Made by a program: the position numbers and the translations under genes
The notes under the pieces: model-generated
The model's input: the letters and a program-made list of their open reading frames with translations, nothing else
Database searches by the model: none
Told to the model about the DNA's origin: nothing
Assembly (NCBI GenBank): GCA_032718475.1
Contig: JAUCBJ010007994.1
Span: forward strand, 1-38,951
Length of the DNA stretch: 38,951 bases
Direction: 5' to 3'
Origin: Nemertoderma westbladi
Lineage: Eukaryota; Animalia; Xenacoelomorpha
In this document: in pieces, positions 22,721 to 35,089 of the stretch
How the letters are laid out: every line of letters starts with the position of its first letter
How positions within the stretch are numbered: position 1 is the stretch's first letter

Positions 22721-23046
22721 TATTTTTAATAAAAATAAAAATAAATGCTAACATGTAAATATATCATTTTTCATGATTTTTTGTGACTATTTCGCGATAA
22801 CGACCTCCCTCTACAGATCTTTAATACAAAGCTCTTATTTGTTACTTTGGGAATGGAGAATGTTCTAGAACATGTTATCTACCGGTATGTAATTGATTTA
22901 AAAAATTGTAGAGATAGAGTGAGGTATTATTATTGTTCCAACCCCATCGTCGTACTAGTGGCGTAATATTTGTTTTCTATGAAATTTGTGCTACTGTAGA
23001 TTAAACACGTAGATCACACAAGGAAATAGATGACGGAAAAGTGATT

Positions 23047-23466
23047 ATGATAAAATCCACTTTATTGATATTAAATGTATTTTTGTCAGCATATGTTGTG
23101 GTAGTTTCCGCACTAGATGGCAATGCAAATACTACTACTACTGTAACTTCTACGGCAATTACGGGTTGCAACGCTAATAAAAAAATATGCGAAGAATGCA
23201 GAGAAGATGTATGCATTGGTTGTTGTACTGAGGATAAATGTTTAACATACGAGAAATGCGAAGAGTTTTACGACACCGTCAAAACTTATTCCATAGTGGT
23301 TATAGTGGTGTTGGTGATTTCTGTGTTGAGCTGTATCGGATGTTGCGTCGGATGTTGTATGTATGCCAGAAGTAATCGGCGTAGACGAATGGAACTAGAA
23401 CAACAACAAGAAGGGATGGTGATGGCGCCAAAAGGGATGGGAGGACCCCCTCCTCCTTATGCCTGA
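23047..23466 (+). CDS. Small Cys-rich type I membrane protein, copy B (139 aa; Shisa/WBP1/CYYR1-like architecture, C-terminal PPPPY)
   Basis: Same architecture as copy A, ending GGPPPPYA*; coding region uninterrupted. Confidence 0.87.
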   Translation: MIKSTLLILNVFLSAYVVVVSALDGNANTTTTVTSTAITGCNANKKICEECREDVCIGCCTEDKCLTYEKCEEFYDTVKTYSIVVIVVLVISVLSCIGCCVGCCMYARSNRRRRMELEQQQEGMVMAPKGMGGPPPPYA

Positions 23467-25059
23467 TTCTGAAACACCCGAAACTAAATCGAGAACCGGT
23501 AACGAACGACATCAACTCTGCAGAACATAGGCCTTATTGTACATTAACAAACAATTAACTTTGTTTAAATCAGTTTATGTAATTAAAACTCTCCACTGTC
23601 AATGTCTATTACAGTTATTTTTGAACGTATAGCTACATTATTTGATACTACCGCAATAAAATTGTTATGAGCACTCACTACGAAATATAATATTGTACTC
23701 ATGTTATTAAGTTAAGCACGAATTAAAAACATCGGTCATATTCCTTTAGAAACAAAAATCTGTGATACTGTTTTAAACAGATAAGTGGTGTATTTTTGTG
23801 AGTCACTAGACAGGTTTGAAACAATATGCTATTATCGTTACAGTTTTGATGTTTCGTGTTGGTCTATGCTGTTTTCTGTGGCAGCGTTAAGCGCAGTTGT
23901 TATCGGTATAGCTAAGTCGGGTATTAAATTCGAGTTTAATATTAGTGGTTTCAACTGTGAATTAACTTATGATATGAATAGTTATGAATAGTTACTGTAC
24001 CAGATTACACTATGTCCAGTAATAGTGTCGTAATTCAGTGACATGCCCATACCCACCCACCCACCCACCCACCCACCCCCCATTTCCTTGCAGTGGAATT
24101 GTATAATTTTATTACAACGGTTACCTTAATATATCGTGAAGTTTTTGATATATTTAAAAATTTGATGCGACTTCTAGTTTCCGAGATATAGCAATTAATG
24201 TGTAACACGCCAGTGTAAATATTACTAATTTCACATTGAATCACAGCAATTGTAGACTTTTTTTGGTCATTAATAAGATAATATAGAATCCAAAATATGT
24301 GGTTCGGATTGATTGCGAAATACTTATGGGTTTTTTGCTAGATTGACTCGACTATTAATTGTATTACAAATCTTAATAAGATTGATAGTTTCACATACCA
24401 CATCCTTAGTGGGTGAGCCAGATATGTTATTTTTGCTTCCAGTCTTTAGTTACAAGCGTTTAAAAAAGGTGACTCAATCGATATTGCACCAGTTACACCG
24501 CAGTAATTCTTCAACTTGACAGTGCTCCAGTGATTTAGTTAGTGCTCATGGAATGCTGGCCATGCAAGGTTTAATTGAATTTGGTTGGGAAATAGTTATG
24601 TGCATGTACACCATGTAATGTACACCATCGTGTGTCACCGTACGTAATGTCATGTAGACCATTAATACAACAACCATTTTTAGGGGGTCGGAACCTCAAA
24701 CCGTTTTGAATTTCAACAATAACTTCCAGAGATATTATCAAAATTCAAAGGTATACATTTTGATAAGCAAATTATTGATATAATTCTCAACGTTTCTTTT
24801 ACTCAATTCTAGAATATAATTACGCATAAAGAAGAAACAATATATAGAAGAATGTTTTTGTTGATTAAATATAGGTATATAATATAATCCAAACCAATGA
24901 AACTAAAACAATTAGCACAATAATTAATTAGTACGGACGCCAGACAATAACATTTCACCAAAGTTCCACTCAACAGTTTCTCCACCGTCGTTCCCCGTTC
25001 TTTCCACCGATCGCCACGCCTCGTTGGCCCCGCCCCAATCACTGGCGCCTCCAGCCGAG

Positions 25060-26060
25060 GGTGCGCGATTGGTCTTAGTGCTCTTTGCCGCAGCCTTCAC
25101 TTGTGCAAAGGTGATATCGCCAATGGGAATATCTGAGAGTACCGACTCAGACACTTTTAATTCTATTAAAGTTATCAGGCAATACCCTGTCATTATTGAG
25201 GAGCTTTTCAAAGTTGGCCTTCCAACCATTGAGGCGATCGGCTGGTGATTCAGCCTTAACCTTGGTGGTTGGTTGGCTTTTCCGCCCAGTAAGCAAGTTG
25301 ATCGATTTCCATGCCTGGGATGATTGCCTGCTGTCGTCAGCATCATTGATGGCATCAACCTGTTGGTTTATTAGCTCCTGTAGATTAACAGAGTACTGTC
25401 TGTTCAGGGACCTAGATGCAGCCTTAACTGCATTCTTGGCCGATGTAGTCTGTTTGAGTCGGGACTCTTTCTGCGCCTTATATAGGTCATTTCGGCACTT
25501 CTGGATTTTGTAGTCAGTCCAGGGGGCCCTTTTCCTGTTTCGAGGGTATACAGGAACTGTTTCTGCAGCTGCTAACTTGACTGCTTCTGTGAAGGCAGTA
25601 TAGCCCGAAACAGAATATGGTCTATCTGGGACTTGTGACCACTGGGTCCACTATGAGTCCATAGCTTTCCAGTTCGCTTCTTGAACTGGGTTCCAGCCGA
25701 AAACAATCCATTTCCAGAGATAAAATCCTGAAATGGACGGAATTTCGGTTGACACTATTGCTATAGACCCAGGGCGATGGTGGTGATTGATGCAGACTTG
25801 CATTAAAGTCTCCCAGGAATGTTAAGAATGCATGCTGATCCACTCCATCAGTAGCTGCTTGTAGATTGTGGTAGAAATTTTCCACCTCCTCTACAGGGGC
25901 AACACTAGTTGGAGAGTAGCACACAATCAGAACCACCTTAGGAAACTTCTTAGCCAGTCTTCCAGAACATGAGATGTGGCAACGGATGATGCGGTTAGAG
26001 ATAGGGTTTGGGCCAGAAAGGTCATCAGGAAAGGGAATCAAAGAATTGTTGGCTGCTCTC
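25060..26060 (-). mobile_element. RTE-clade LINE 5' fragment (APE endonuclease and linker)
   Basis: ISNRII, LIVCYSPT, EEVENFY, LGDFNA and DITFAQVKAAAKSTKTNRAP; frameshifted. Confidence 0.85.
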
Positions 26061-26199
26061 TCTCCAGTAGGGGGTGAGACAGGCAGCCAGTCAGGAGATA
26101 CTGACGCCTCTGAGGCCGATTGTGTCCGGTAATTCCACTGGCCTCTAGTGGCCGGACCTCCGCATTACTAATGTAATCCATAGTGGGGGTTGGGGGTGC

Positions 26200-27310
26200 T
26201 TTTTTGACGAGTTAGCCGGCTGACCAGGTCGGCGCGAACTCCACCGACTGTGTTACCCTCTTCATCGAACTAGCCCCGGGAAATTGTCACTTCATGCTCC
26301 ACACTAGAAGTGCCAAATGCAGAAGTCATGAGATCCCCGAATACCTCGCGCAGTTCATCGTGGCGTTTTATCACCAGGCCCCCAGATTTGCAGCTGATGG
26401 CATGAGATGTGGTGAAGTGCCCGCCACAGCCTTCGCAATTAGTCGGAAGGCCCGGTGGAACGAGGCCATAGCGGAGTGCTAGGCTATCAAGGAACTCGTT
26501 GGGACTGAGGTCGGTGTGATCCACGGCTGATGGTTGGGCTGTGAGCCATCCGCCAGTCTTATTAGTAACGGCCCGTTCAATGGTTCGACGCTGGCTGGCA
26601 GGAAGACAGGCCACTAACTGTGCCTTGTCTAGGCCTTATAAGCAGCATCCTGGGTAATCCGACTCTCTGTGAGGATGCGACCCATCATCGCATTGTGGTC
26701 GGCGACGTGAAGTGGTTTCTTAGTGCGGATCGACTCAACCACAACTGATGTCCCATTGATGGAGGTGGTACGGGCGGGCCCTTTCCGAGTTAAAGGGTCC
26801 CTCAGCCCAGTCCCACCATAACGAGCTGGGAGAAGAGTAATGTTCTCATGGATTGGCTCGAGTGGAAAACTGAACAGAGCAGGAATAAACTTCTCTATGA
26901 GTGCTGTTCGTATTGGGGCCACCTCTGCATCTGTGGTGGGGATGACGAGGAGGAGGTAGTCCCACTTAGCCTGGATGCAACGCGACACTCCAGTGTGGGC
27001 TGTCTGGGGGTACTCCTTAGCAATTTCTGTGAGGGATTCAACACTGCTGACGCAGGCTGCGACTTTGTCGGCTACAAACTCTTTACGACCTGCCTCCGCC
27101 CCGATGTAGCCACCAAGATGTCCTGGTACGATGTTGATCCCGCTCGGACCAAAACCGGCCCCTTACCCCGGCTTAACTATTAAATAGCTCTTATTGGGCT
27201 CGGGGTTGTAGCCGATGCTGGGTCCAAGCCTCTGCAGCTCGCAACACCACAATCAGAGAGCTCGGAGGATTCCTGCTGATCCAGAGTCATCAGCATACCA
27301 GCACTGGCGC
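26200..27310 (-). mobile_element. CRE-like non-LTR retrotransposon fragment (RT C-terminus, CCHC finger, start of restriction-like endonuclease)
   Basis: WYADDS...GPSIGYNPEPNKSYLIV, LPARYGGTGL, GWLTAQP, LALRYG, CEGCGGHFTTSHAISCKSGG..RHDE and RADL. Confidence 0.85.
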
Positions 27311-28099
27311 TGTTAAGGTGGATGGCCAGTAGGTACGAATGATGGACTAGGTGGTGAGACTGTTGCTGGCTGAGACTGTGAAACTATTAAATATATAGTT
27401 TCAAATAATATTTTTTATATGTAGAATAATCAGCTAAATAATAATTAATATTCTAGAATAAAGACAAAAAACATCATAATTATAGCGATTTATGTCTCAA
27501 ATTTGCACATTAGTGTTTTGACAATATCTTTGCAACTTTATGGTTAAATTTAAAACGGTTTTCTAATTTGGAATCTCCAGATGAAGGCGGATCTAATGAT
27601 ATCCAGATTACATTCCAAAGATGAAAAATAAAGTCTACGGAGGTGGTTAAACATTGCTAAATATACATTTTTGAGGGCTTGTATGGAAATAACTGAGAAA
27701 TTGAAAAATCCGGCCAGGCCACCAGTAAGAAAAGGTGTCAATCTATCATCATACCAAATTTCGTAGAATTTTATTGAAATTTGAAAAAAATTAGGGGTGG
27801 GGGGGGGGGCTCCGACCCCTTAAAAATGGTTGTTGTATTGGGTTATGGTGTATATATGTTCTCTATTTAATAAATACACAATGTTCTAGAACATTTTTGT
27901 TATCTCATAAGTAGCTGGGCAACAAACAATGCCTGTTGTATAATAATGCTAGTACGTGGATATTCATACCACAAACAAAATGTTCGAGAACATGGGAGAA
28001 GGATTTCACATTCAAACATTTCACCTTCTAGCGGCAACATTAGAAGTGTAGATGGAGTACAGACAGTACATAAAGAAGCGGCGAATTCAATCGAGTATA

Positions 28100-28400
28100 T
28101 TATTTCAATGTGAATATCATTAAAAAATTATGCGATTCCAAAATTATTACACAACCCGGTTGAAAACCGGATGTTTTCGGATCATTCGAAGTTAAGAAAT
28201 CTAGACAGTTCCTACAATATACATAGTAAAATAGCGCCACGTTACGTATACGCATATCCGTGCTCCTATTTGACTGTCTACAGATCTTATCAGATGGGTT
28301 TGCACAATAGACTTGGGTGCAGTATACACCATCAAATACACACCCATGGGGCCTTCGCGCAGCACGAGACTGCGTACGTACCACGTTTGGTTAAATTTCA
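28100..28400 (-). mobile_element. Fragment related to the Helentron-like family at 29127 and 32460
   Basis: Shares TGGGGCCTTCGCGCAGCAC and a TGAAATTTAACCAAACGTGGTA motif. Confidence 0.4.
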
Positions 28401-28689
28401 TCAATTATTGGCCGCTACTAACAAGGGCTATTTGATTTAAGTGTGACATTTTTAGTTTTACAATACTCGTGTCCATCATTAGCCTCGTCGCGCTCGTCCT
28501 GTCCTATGTTTCCTAGGACAGGGGTTTCCTTGGACTTCGTTGCGATCGTTGCAGACCTTACGACCTTTACTATGCAAAGTATGCAACTGTACGAGTAACA
28601 AAGCTGCTGATTTATGGCAGATGGATACTCGTATCCACTGCAACAGCATAGTCTACCAAGTAAAAACCGAACAACCAACAACCGAAAAT

Positions 28690-28950
28690 ATCTACAAGGT
28701 TGAGAAAGCTAAGGACGATCTTAAATTGGCCTACAACATCAGCCAGGAAAAGTACATACAGGATAAAATTGAAGAAATTACAACTGCTCACATACAGCAA
28801 CAATCAAGACTTACCTGTAAAACTGTAAAATAGGTTTCTGATCGGAAAAGTTGTGCTAAGGAGCGCCTCGAAGCCGATAGTCCCGAAGAACGTGTTGGGA
28901 AGTGGAAAAATCACTTCAGCAACTTGCTTGGGCAGCCACCAAACATCGAG
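28690..28950 (+). mobile_element. RTE-clade linker fragment
   Basis: YIQDKIEEI...KTVK*...ERVGKWKNHFSNLLG. Confidence 0.7.
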
Positions 28951-29012
28951 GTCAGGCGTCCTCTATAACAGGCCATACAACTACAAAATTATTGTGGGCT
29001 GATACATCTTGA

Positions 29013-29128
29013 CTGTGGGGCGAGCCACGAAGTGAGTGAGCCTTAGCGTAGGGGTACCATTAATCAACCTGTGGGGCGAGCCACGAAGTGAGTGAGCCTT
29101 AGCGTAGGGGTACCATTAATCAACCTGT
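29013..29128. repeat. Perfect 56-bp tandem duplication
   Basis: CTGTGGGGCGAGCCACGAAGTGAGTGAGCC...ATCAAC occurs twice. Confidence 0.9.
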
Positions 29129-30790
29129 CGTTCTGTCGTTCTGTCGCGTTTTTTTTCAGTATTTTATTTTAAACGTTAATAACTCGGCCAATCCTTGATG
29201 AAATCTATCCAAACTTGGTACACATGTTGTTTGGCAAAAGTTTGAAAATTTTCCAAGTAGAATTTGCGTGGGGCCTTCGTGCAGCATCAGTGTAACTGTT
29301 ATTGTAGTTATAATATATTTATTTATCCAAAATTAACATGCGTTAAATTATTATTACTGTAGGATAAATCAGCTGGTTTTCTGACAAATTTTGCAAAACA
29401 TAGGGGCTGTCTGCCAATCTGCATGTACCATTTGTACCGGTACTGTCAGGCTGTACTCAATTCCTGAATCGAGAATTCTGCAATCAGTCAATACTGCAAT
29501 ACAGGTCAGCCGGTACCATACACTGCAGACATGCCATATCATGTAATCTAATTAAACGTGGCCCCGGAAACCCTTGCGGTGATTATAGTTTAGGCCTAAT
29601 TAGCCTAGTACCGGTAATAATAATATAATAGTTTAGATAGTTCAGTAGTTACCGCTATTCATTCAGTCATTGGCACGGTACACTGTATTGCTGTACTGCC
29701 GTTGTAGTGCCCACCGTAGGTACCACCCATGGCACTACACACAGGCCATGACAAGGACTTTGCTGTGAAATTAGCGTAGGCTGACTGTGCTGATTATGGT
29801 ACTGTCAGACTGTGGTACCTAAGCTATATACTGTTAGGTATATTGCTGTATTGGGGTGGGGTTAGGAATAATCCATTTGTTTTAGCATTGAACTGTTGAA
29901 TCCCCTTATTTATTATAAAACCATTGGAAATATTCGCAAATGCCGCTCCATTACTGTCTGAAACGCTCCCGACAGTCCGATGTATCTGGACCCGAGCAGC
30001 CGAGTTGCTTCAAGAGGTGATTAACGGGGGAATACTACGGAATTGCTTGTTTGTCAGTACGATTCTATTTGGGTATTTACTACACTCAGACACTGGGAAT
30101 ACGGCGGTCGGTCAGATCGTAATGCGGGCCACTGCCAAGTTCATCATGCCTCACTCTGGTCACCCACCTTGGAGTGCGGTGGGAAGAGTCCCACTTACTG
30201 ACTTACGTCGACGACTGGACGAATCGACAAGGATTGCGATCTGGGTTTAGCGGCGGCCCGGATCCTGGGATCGCCTGGGGGAAATGGTTGAACATTGGGC
30301 AGACGTTATCGCACTGGATTACGTTCTCTGTGACGCGAAAGTGTGAAGCGAATTCGTTGTCGAATTGGGTCGGAAGCTGCGGGAATTCTACTGTTCTACG
30401 GGAGTAAACTGCAGCGGTCCGGTGACTACGGACGGATACTACTGGGATAAGCAGGTATTTCGATCGAGTTTCTCGTATTCTCGATGCTCGAGGCGGATAG
30501 AGAGTTGGTTGTGTTGGGCGGTGTTGTTCAATTCTATCAAACATATTAAATAATTGGTAAAATACTAAAAACACACCAGATAAAGATACTGAGCTTATGG
30601 TAAAGAGATAGGCCGAACTTACAATTTCCAAATAGATTGTTCATATAATAAATATATTTTTGGTATTTGATTTCAAGATAGGGGGGGGGGGGGGGGAACT
30701 GGACGCAATAAAAATTCATCCCTCTCCAGGGGAAATTGGACGCAAATAACAACAGCTGATTACTTTCAAAAATAAAAGAGTAACCTGTTC
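29127..30790 (+). repeat. ~1.7-kb unit, copy 1 (Helentron/DINE-like 5' part plus CpG-rich cargo)
   Basis: Colinear, highly similar direct repeat of ~32505-34166; GTCGTTCT microrepeat and AAACTTGGTAC motif. Confidence 0.85.
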
Positions 30791-30931
30791 TATTGTGTTT
30801 ACTTTATTGTTTTGGTTAAAATAACGTGCCACTGTAACCTGCTCCTTTCCCAAAATTTAGAAATTAATATTGAGGCGGGATATTAATTCGCCAAGATGGG
30901 ATTTGCGTCCAGTCCCACCCCCTCCTATCTC
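30676..30931. mobile_element. 256-bp MITE with 9-bp TSD TTGATTTCA
   Basis: TIRs AGATAG(G)nAACTGGACGCAA...TTGCGTCCAGT..CCTATCTC; TSD at 30667-30675 and 30932-30940. Its left part is repeated from 34056. Confidence 0.8.
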
Positions 30932-31019
30932 TTGATTTCACTAAAAAATATAATACATTGCATTTTACTGTTATAATTACTGTATTGAATAAAATAATTA
31001 ATTTATTGTTTATTAAACC

Positions 31020-31375
31020 GTGCTAAGCACGTTGAACTGGAGCTCTAACAATTCCCCACTAGCGGCAGACAGGAACTGTAAAAGTCTCTGTAGAATTTCT
31101 AATTAAGCAATGCTCTTAGGTAACTACTACTAAATTTCAGATGAATCTGATCGTTGGTTCTATAATTACAGCTATTTTTACGTTTCTGTTAATTCGCCCC
31201 CTAGCGGCAGACCGGGGAACTGTAGAAGTCTGTCTGTGTGTAGAATTTCTAAATTTTTTTAAAGACTACATGTGTACCAAGTTTGGTTCCATTTCATCCA
31301 TGATTGACCGACTTATTAGCGTTCAAACATTCCTGCCACGAATAAAAGCTGCAGGAACTCGAGCGATAATTAATT
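31020..31375 (-). mobile_element. Inverted relative of the 21935-22720 element
   Basis: CGCCCCCTAGCGGCAGACCGGGGAACTGTAG is close to the reverse complement of the 22095-22131 unit. Confidence 0.5.
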
Positions 31376-31789
31376 TATTTATTATTAAATACTGTTTCAA
31401 TTAAATTACTTACGAAAATCTAGTCATCTTCTTTTAAATATGGACCCTGCATTCGTGGAAAATATAATATTTGATAATTCAGCAGTCAGCCTATGCTAAT
31501 TTCACAGCAAAGTCCGACATGGCCTGTGTGTAGTAGGCCATGGTACCACCCTACTACCGGTACCGGCTGACCGGTGGCAACTAGCACTTCAGCACTTGCA
31601 CAGCAACAGCACTACCGGCGATACACAGGTTGGAATTTATGTAGAGTTTGGTCAACAGTACAGATATAAAATAGTTATCTAAATTATATATATTACTATT
31701 GACAAGTATTGAAATATATACCGTTATTCGTGTTATCAGTATATGCAACATCTGACATTGAAGAGGTGAGAGAAGATGAATACCGGCAC

Positions 31790-32112
31790 TCAACAAAACC
31801 AACGCTTATCACAGGTCGGTATGGTTACCTCGAAACCGGCGCGACTGTACACTCGAATACAACTTCAAAACACAAACGCCAACAATAAACTGAAAGCGAA
31901 TCGAACGTCTTCAGAAGAATCTGTCATTGGGACGAAGAAAAGGAAGCCGAAACCACGGGAATGGACCACAGCTAAGATTGAATGCTCCCATTGTCAGAGT
32001 TCCTGGACCGAAATTGAAACACCAATTGCCGATGGGCTTGATCTCTCAAACCAAAACTTCCTCTGCGGGGTTTGCGTGGCAGTAAAGATTGAAAGTCTGG
32101 AAGCTGGCATCC
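31790..32112 (+). mobile_element. Probable LINE ORF1 5' fragment with PHD-like Cys pairs
   Basis: IECSHCQSSW...FLCGVCVAVKIESLE, then an abrupt change to AT-rich sequence. Confidence 0.45.
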
Positions 32113-32459
32113 CTAGGTATTATTATTATAAAGAGCGTCAGCCTGCGTTTAATAAATATATTTTAATACAAAACAGGTCGAACGCAAAGAGGCTTATAAT
32201 GAAGACGAGTACTGCATTGATTATATTCCTATAAACCACCTGGCTTTGCATATTGAACGTGCGTTTGGAAATAAGTTCGTGCTACCCTTCCGTGGGTGGT
32301 AGATGTCGCGGTTATGTATTGGTGGGTGGGAAGGGAGGGGGGGGGGGGTGCAGATTAAAAGGGGTGAACACGTACTGTCCCCCTTTCTTTGATTAATTGG
32401 TGGTGTGGGTTAATCTCTCATAACCTGATTTTGTGATACAGTCGCACAATTTTAATTTG

Positions 32460-34166
32460 TATCTCATAACTGGGCCTCGTGCTGCGCGAAGGCCCCACGA
32501 ACGTGTCGTTCTGTCGTTCTGTCGCGTTTTTTTCCAGTATTTTATTTTAAACGTTAATAACTCGGCCAATCCTTGATGAAATCTATCCAAACTTGGTACA
32601 TATGTTGTTTGGCAAAAGTTTGAAAATTTTCCAAGTAGAATTTGCGTGGGGTCTTCGTGCAGCATCAGTGTAACTGTTATTGCAGTTATAATAAATTTAT
32701 TTATCCAAATTTAAAATGGGTTAAATTATTATTACTGTAGGATAAATCAGCTGGGTTTTCTGACAAATTTTGCAATACATTGGGGTTGTCTGCATGTACC
32801 ATGTGTACCGGTACTGTCAGGCTGTACTCAATCCCTGAATCGAGAATCCTGCGAATGAATTGAGAATCAGTCAATACTGCAATACTGGTCAGCCGGTACC
32901 ATACACTGCAGACATGCCATATCATGTAATCTAATTAACCCCGGCAACCCTTGCGGTGATTAAAGTTTAGGCCTAATTAGCCCAGTACCGGTACCGGCAC
33001 CGGTAATAATAATATAATAGGCCTAGTTTAGATAGTTACCGCTAATCATTCAGTCATTGCTGCATTGGCACGGTACACCGTATTGCTGTACTGCCGTTGT
33101 AGTGCGCACCGTAGGTACCACCCATGGCCATGACAAGGACTTTGCTGTGAAATTAGCGTAGGCTGACTGTGCTGATTATCAGATTACTGTGGTACTGTGG
33201 TACAAGCTATATACTGTTAGGTATACTGCTGTATTGGGGTGGGGTTAGGAATAATCCATTTGTTTTAGCATTTAATCCCCTTATTTATTATAAAACCATT
33301 GGAAATATTCGCAAATGCCGCTCCATTACTGTCTGAAACGCTCCCTGGACCCGTATCTGGACCCGAGCAGCCGAGTTGCTTCAAGAGGTGATTAACGGGG
33401 GAATACTACGCTGCTACGGAATTGCTTGTTTGTCAGTACGATTCTATTTGGGTATTTACTACACTCAGACACTGGGAATACGGCGGTCGGTCAGATCGTA
33501 ATGCGGGCCACTGCCAAGTTCCTCATGCCTCACTCCGGTCACCCACCTTGGAGTGCGGTGGGAAGAGTCCCACTTACTGACTTACGTCGACGACTGGACG
33601 AATCGACGAGGATTGCGATCTGGGTTTAGCGGCGGCCCGGATCCTGGTATCGCCTGGGGGAAATGGTTGAACGTCGGGCATACTTGTATCGCACTGGATT
33701 ACGTTCTCTGCGACGTGAAAGTGTGAAGCGAATTCGTTGTCGAATTGGGTCGAAAGCTGCAGGAATTCTACTGTTCTACGGGAGTAAACCGCAGCGGTCC
33801 GGTGACTACGGACGGATACTACTGGGATAAGCATGTATTTCGATCGAGTTTCTCGTATTCTCGATGCTCGAGGCGGATAGAGAGTTGGTTGTGTTGGGCG
33901 GTGTTGTTCAATTCTATCAAACGTATTAAATAATTGGTAAAATAATAAAAACACACCAGATAAAGATACTGAGCTTATGGTAAAGAGATAGCCCGAACTT
34001 ACAATTTCCAAATAGATTGTTCATATAATAAATATATTTTTGGTATTTGATTTCAAGATAGGGGGGGGGGGACTGGACGCAATAAAAATTCATCCCTCTC
34101 CAGCGGAAATTGGACGCAAATAACAACAGCTGATTACTCATTAAAAAATAAAACTGTAACCTGTTC
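32460..34166 (+). repeat. ~1.7-kb unit, copy 2, cut by the LTR insertion
   Basis: Subterminal inverted repeat GTGCTGCGCGAAGGCCCCA (~32479) / TGGGGTCTTCGTGCAGCAT (~32647); colinear with copy 1. Confidence 0.85.
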
Positions 34167-34176
34167 CTTCTGTCAC

Positions 34177-34708
34177 TGTGACGGGATCTATGGATCCCGG
34201 TTTATCCGTTGGGTTTTCTATCCACGCGTCCCTGCCGTATGTGAAAGGTAAAAGAGTTCTGATGTTCGGTAATATGTATAAAGGTATAATAGTCTGAGAT
34301 ATATAGTATAGTATGACACAACAGGTAATATAAATATGATGGCGGTAGCGGACGGTGACAGAAGTCCCCGTTCCACCCTACTGATCTGACTGAGTAAACT
34401 AAACTGATATGATTACAGGTTACTGGTTATATTGCACGGTGGCCTTATTGCTACTCAATCGATGCCTTTCCCCCCTCTGATTGGTTGATACCCTTGTTGG
34501 CGCCCTTCGGAGTGTTCCCGTTCACTCCTCCTGTTCTCTCTGGGTTAGGGGTTTGGCCCCTGACCCCTATTGTGTGTGTCTCCTTTGGGGCCTATTGTCC
34601 CCGTTTACTGGGCTGACACGAGGTTGATTGGTAATCAACCTCGTGCTCCCAATATTGCTTTATGGCTCACTCTATGGGTTTGTGTTAGCGGAATTGGATA
34701 AGCTAACA
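34177..34708 (-). mobile_element. 3' LTR (532 bp)
   Basis: Minus strand TGTTAGC...CCGTCACA termini, directly preceded by the polypurine tract GGGGGGGAG (34709-34717). Confidence 0.75.
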
Positions 34709-35089
34709 CTCCCCCCCATGCTATCTTCCCGGTGAGAAGATAGCATCCAACTAAAGTGCGCTACAATTCCGCTGGATCCCGATCTAGCATCGGGTGTGGG
34801 GTGGGTATATTTTTTCGGAGTCGGCTTTCCAGGCCGCTCCCTATGGGTATGATGTCACTACCCTCTGGCGTCTCGTGTCGGGCCGATCGTGCGCTTCTCT
34901 CACACAATTTTTGTTTCCCCAACACTCTCACCACTCTACTCCAACTCTCGCATACTCCCGGACCTCCTCGTCCCACACTCTTCCTCTCACTTCTCCTCCC
35001 CCACACTTGAATTGCGCCCACGCTCTCTTCGCACTCCGCACTATCACCTCTCCACTCTCTTGTCACTCCCTAAGGCTTTAATCTCTAAT

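Larger units (their letters stand above)
24658..27850. mobile_element. TIR element remnant enclosing nested LINE fragments
   Basis: AATACAACAACCATTTTTAGGGGGTCGGA near 24665 is inverted near 27810-27840. Confidence 0.6.

Noticed and set aside
23830-23960. Possible minus-strand terminal exon (LKPLILNSNL...ETSKL*)
   Set aside because: Acceptor-like site only; no partner exon or recognisable motif.
30174-30407. YVDD motif suggesting a reverse transcriptase
   Set aside because: No other RT motifs were recognisable around it.
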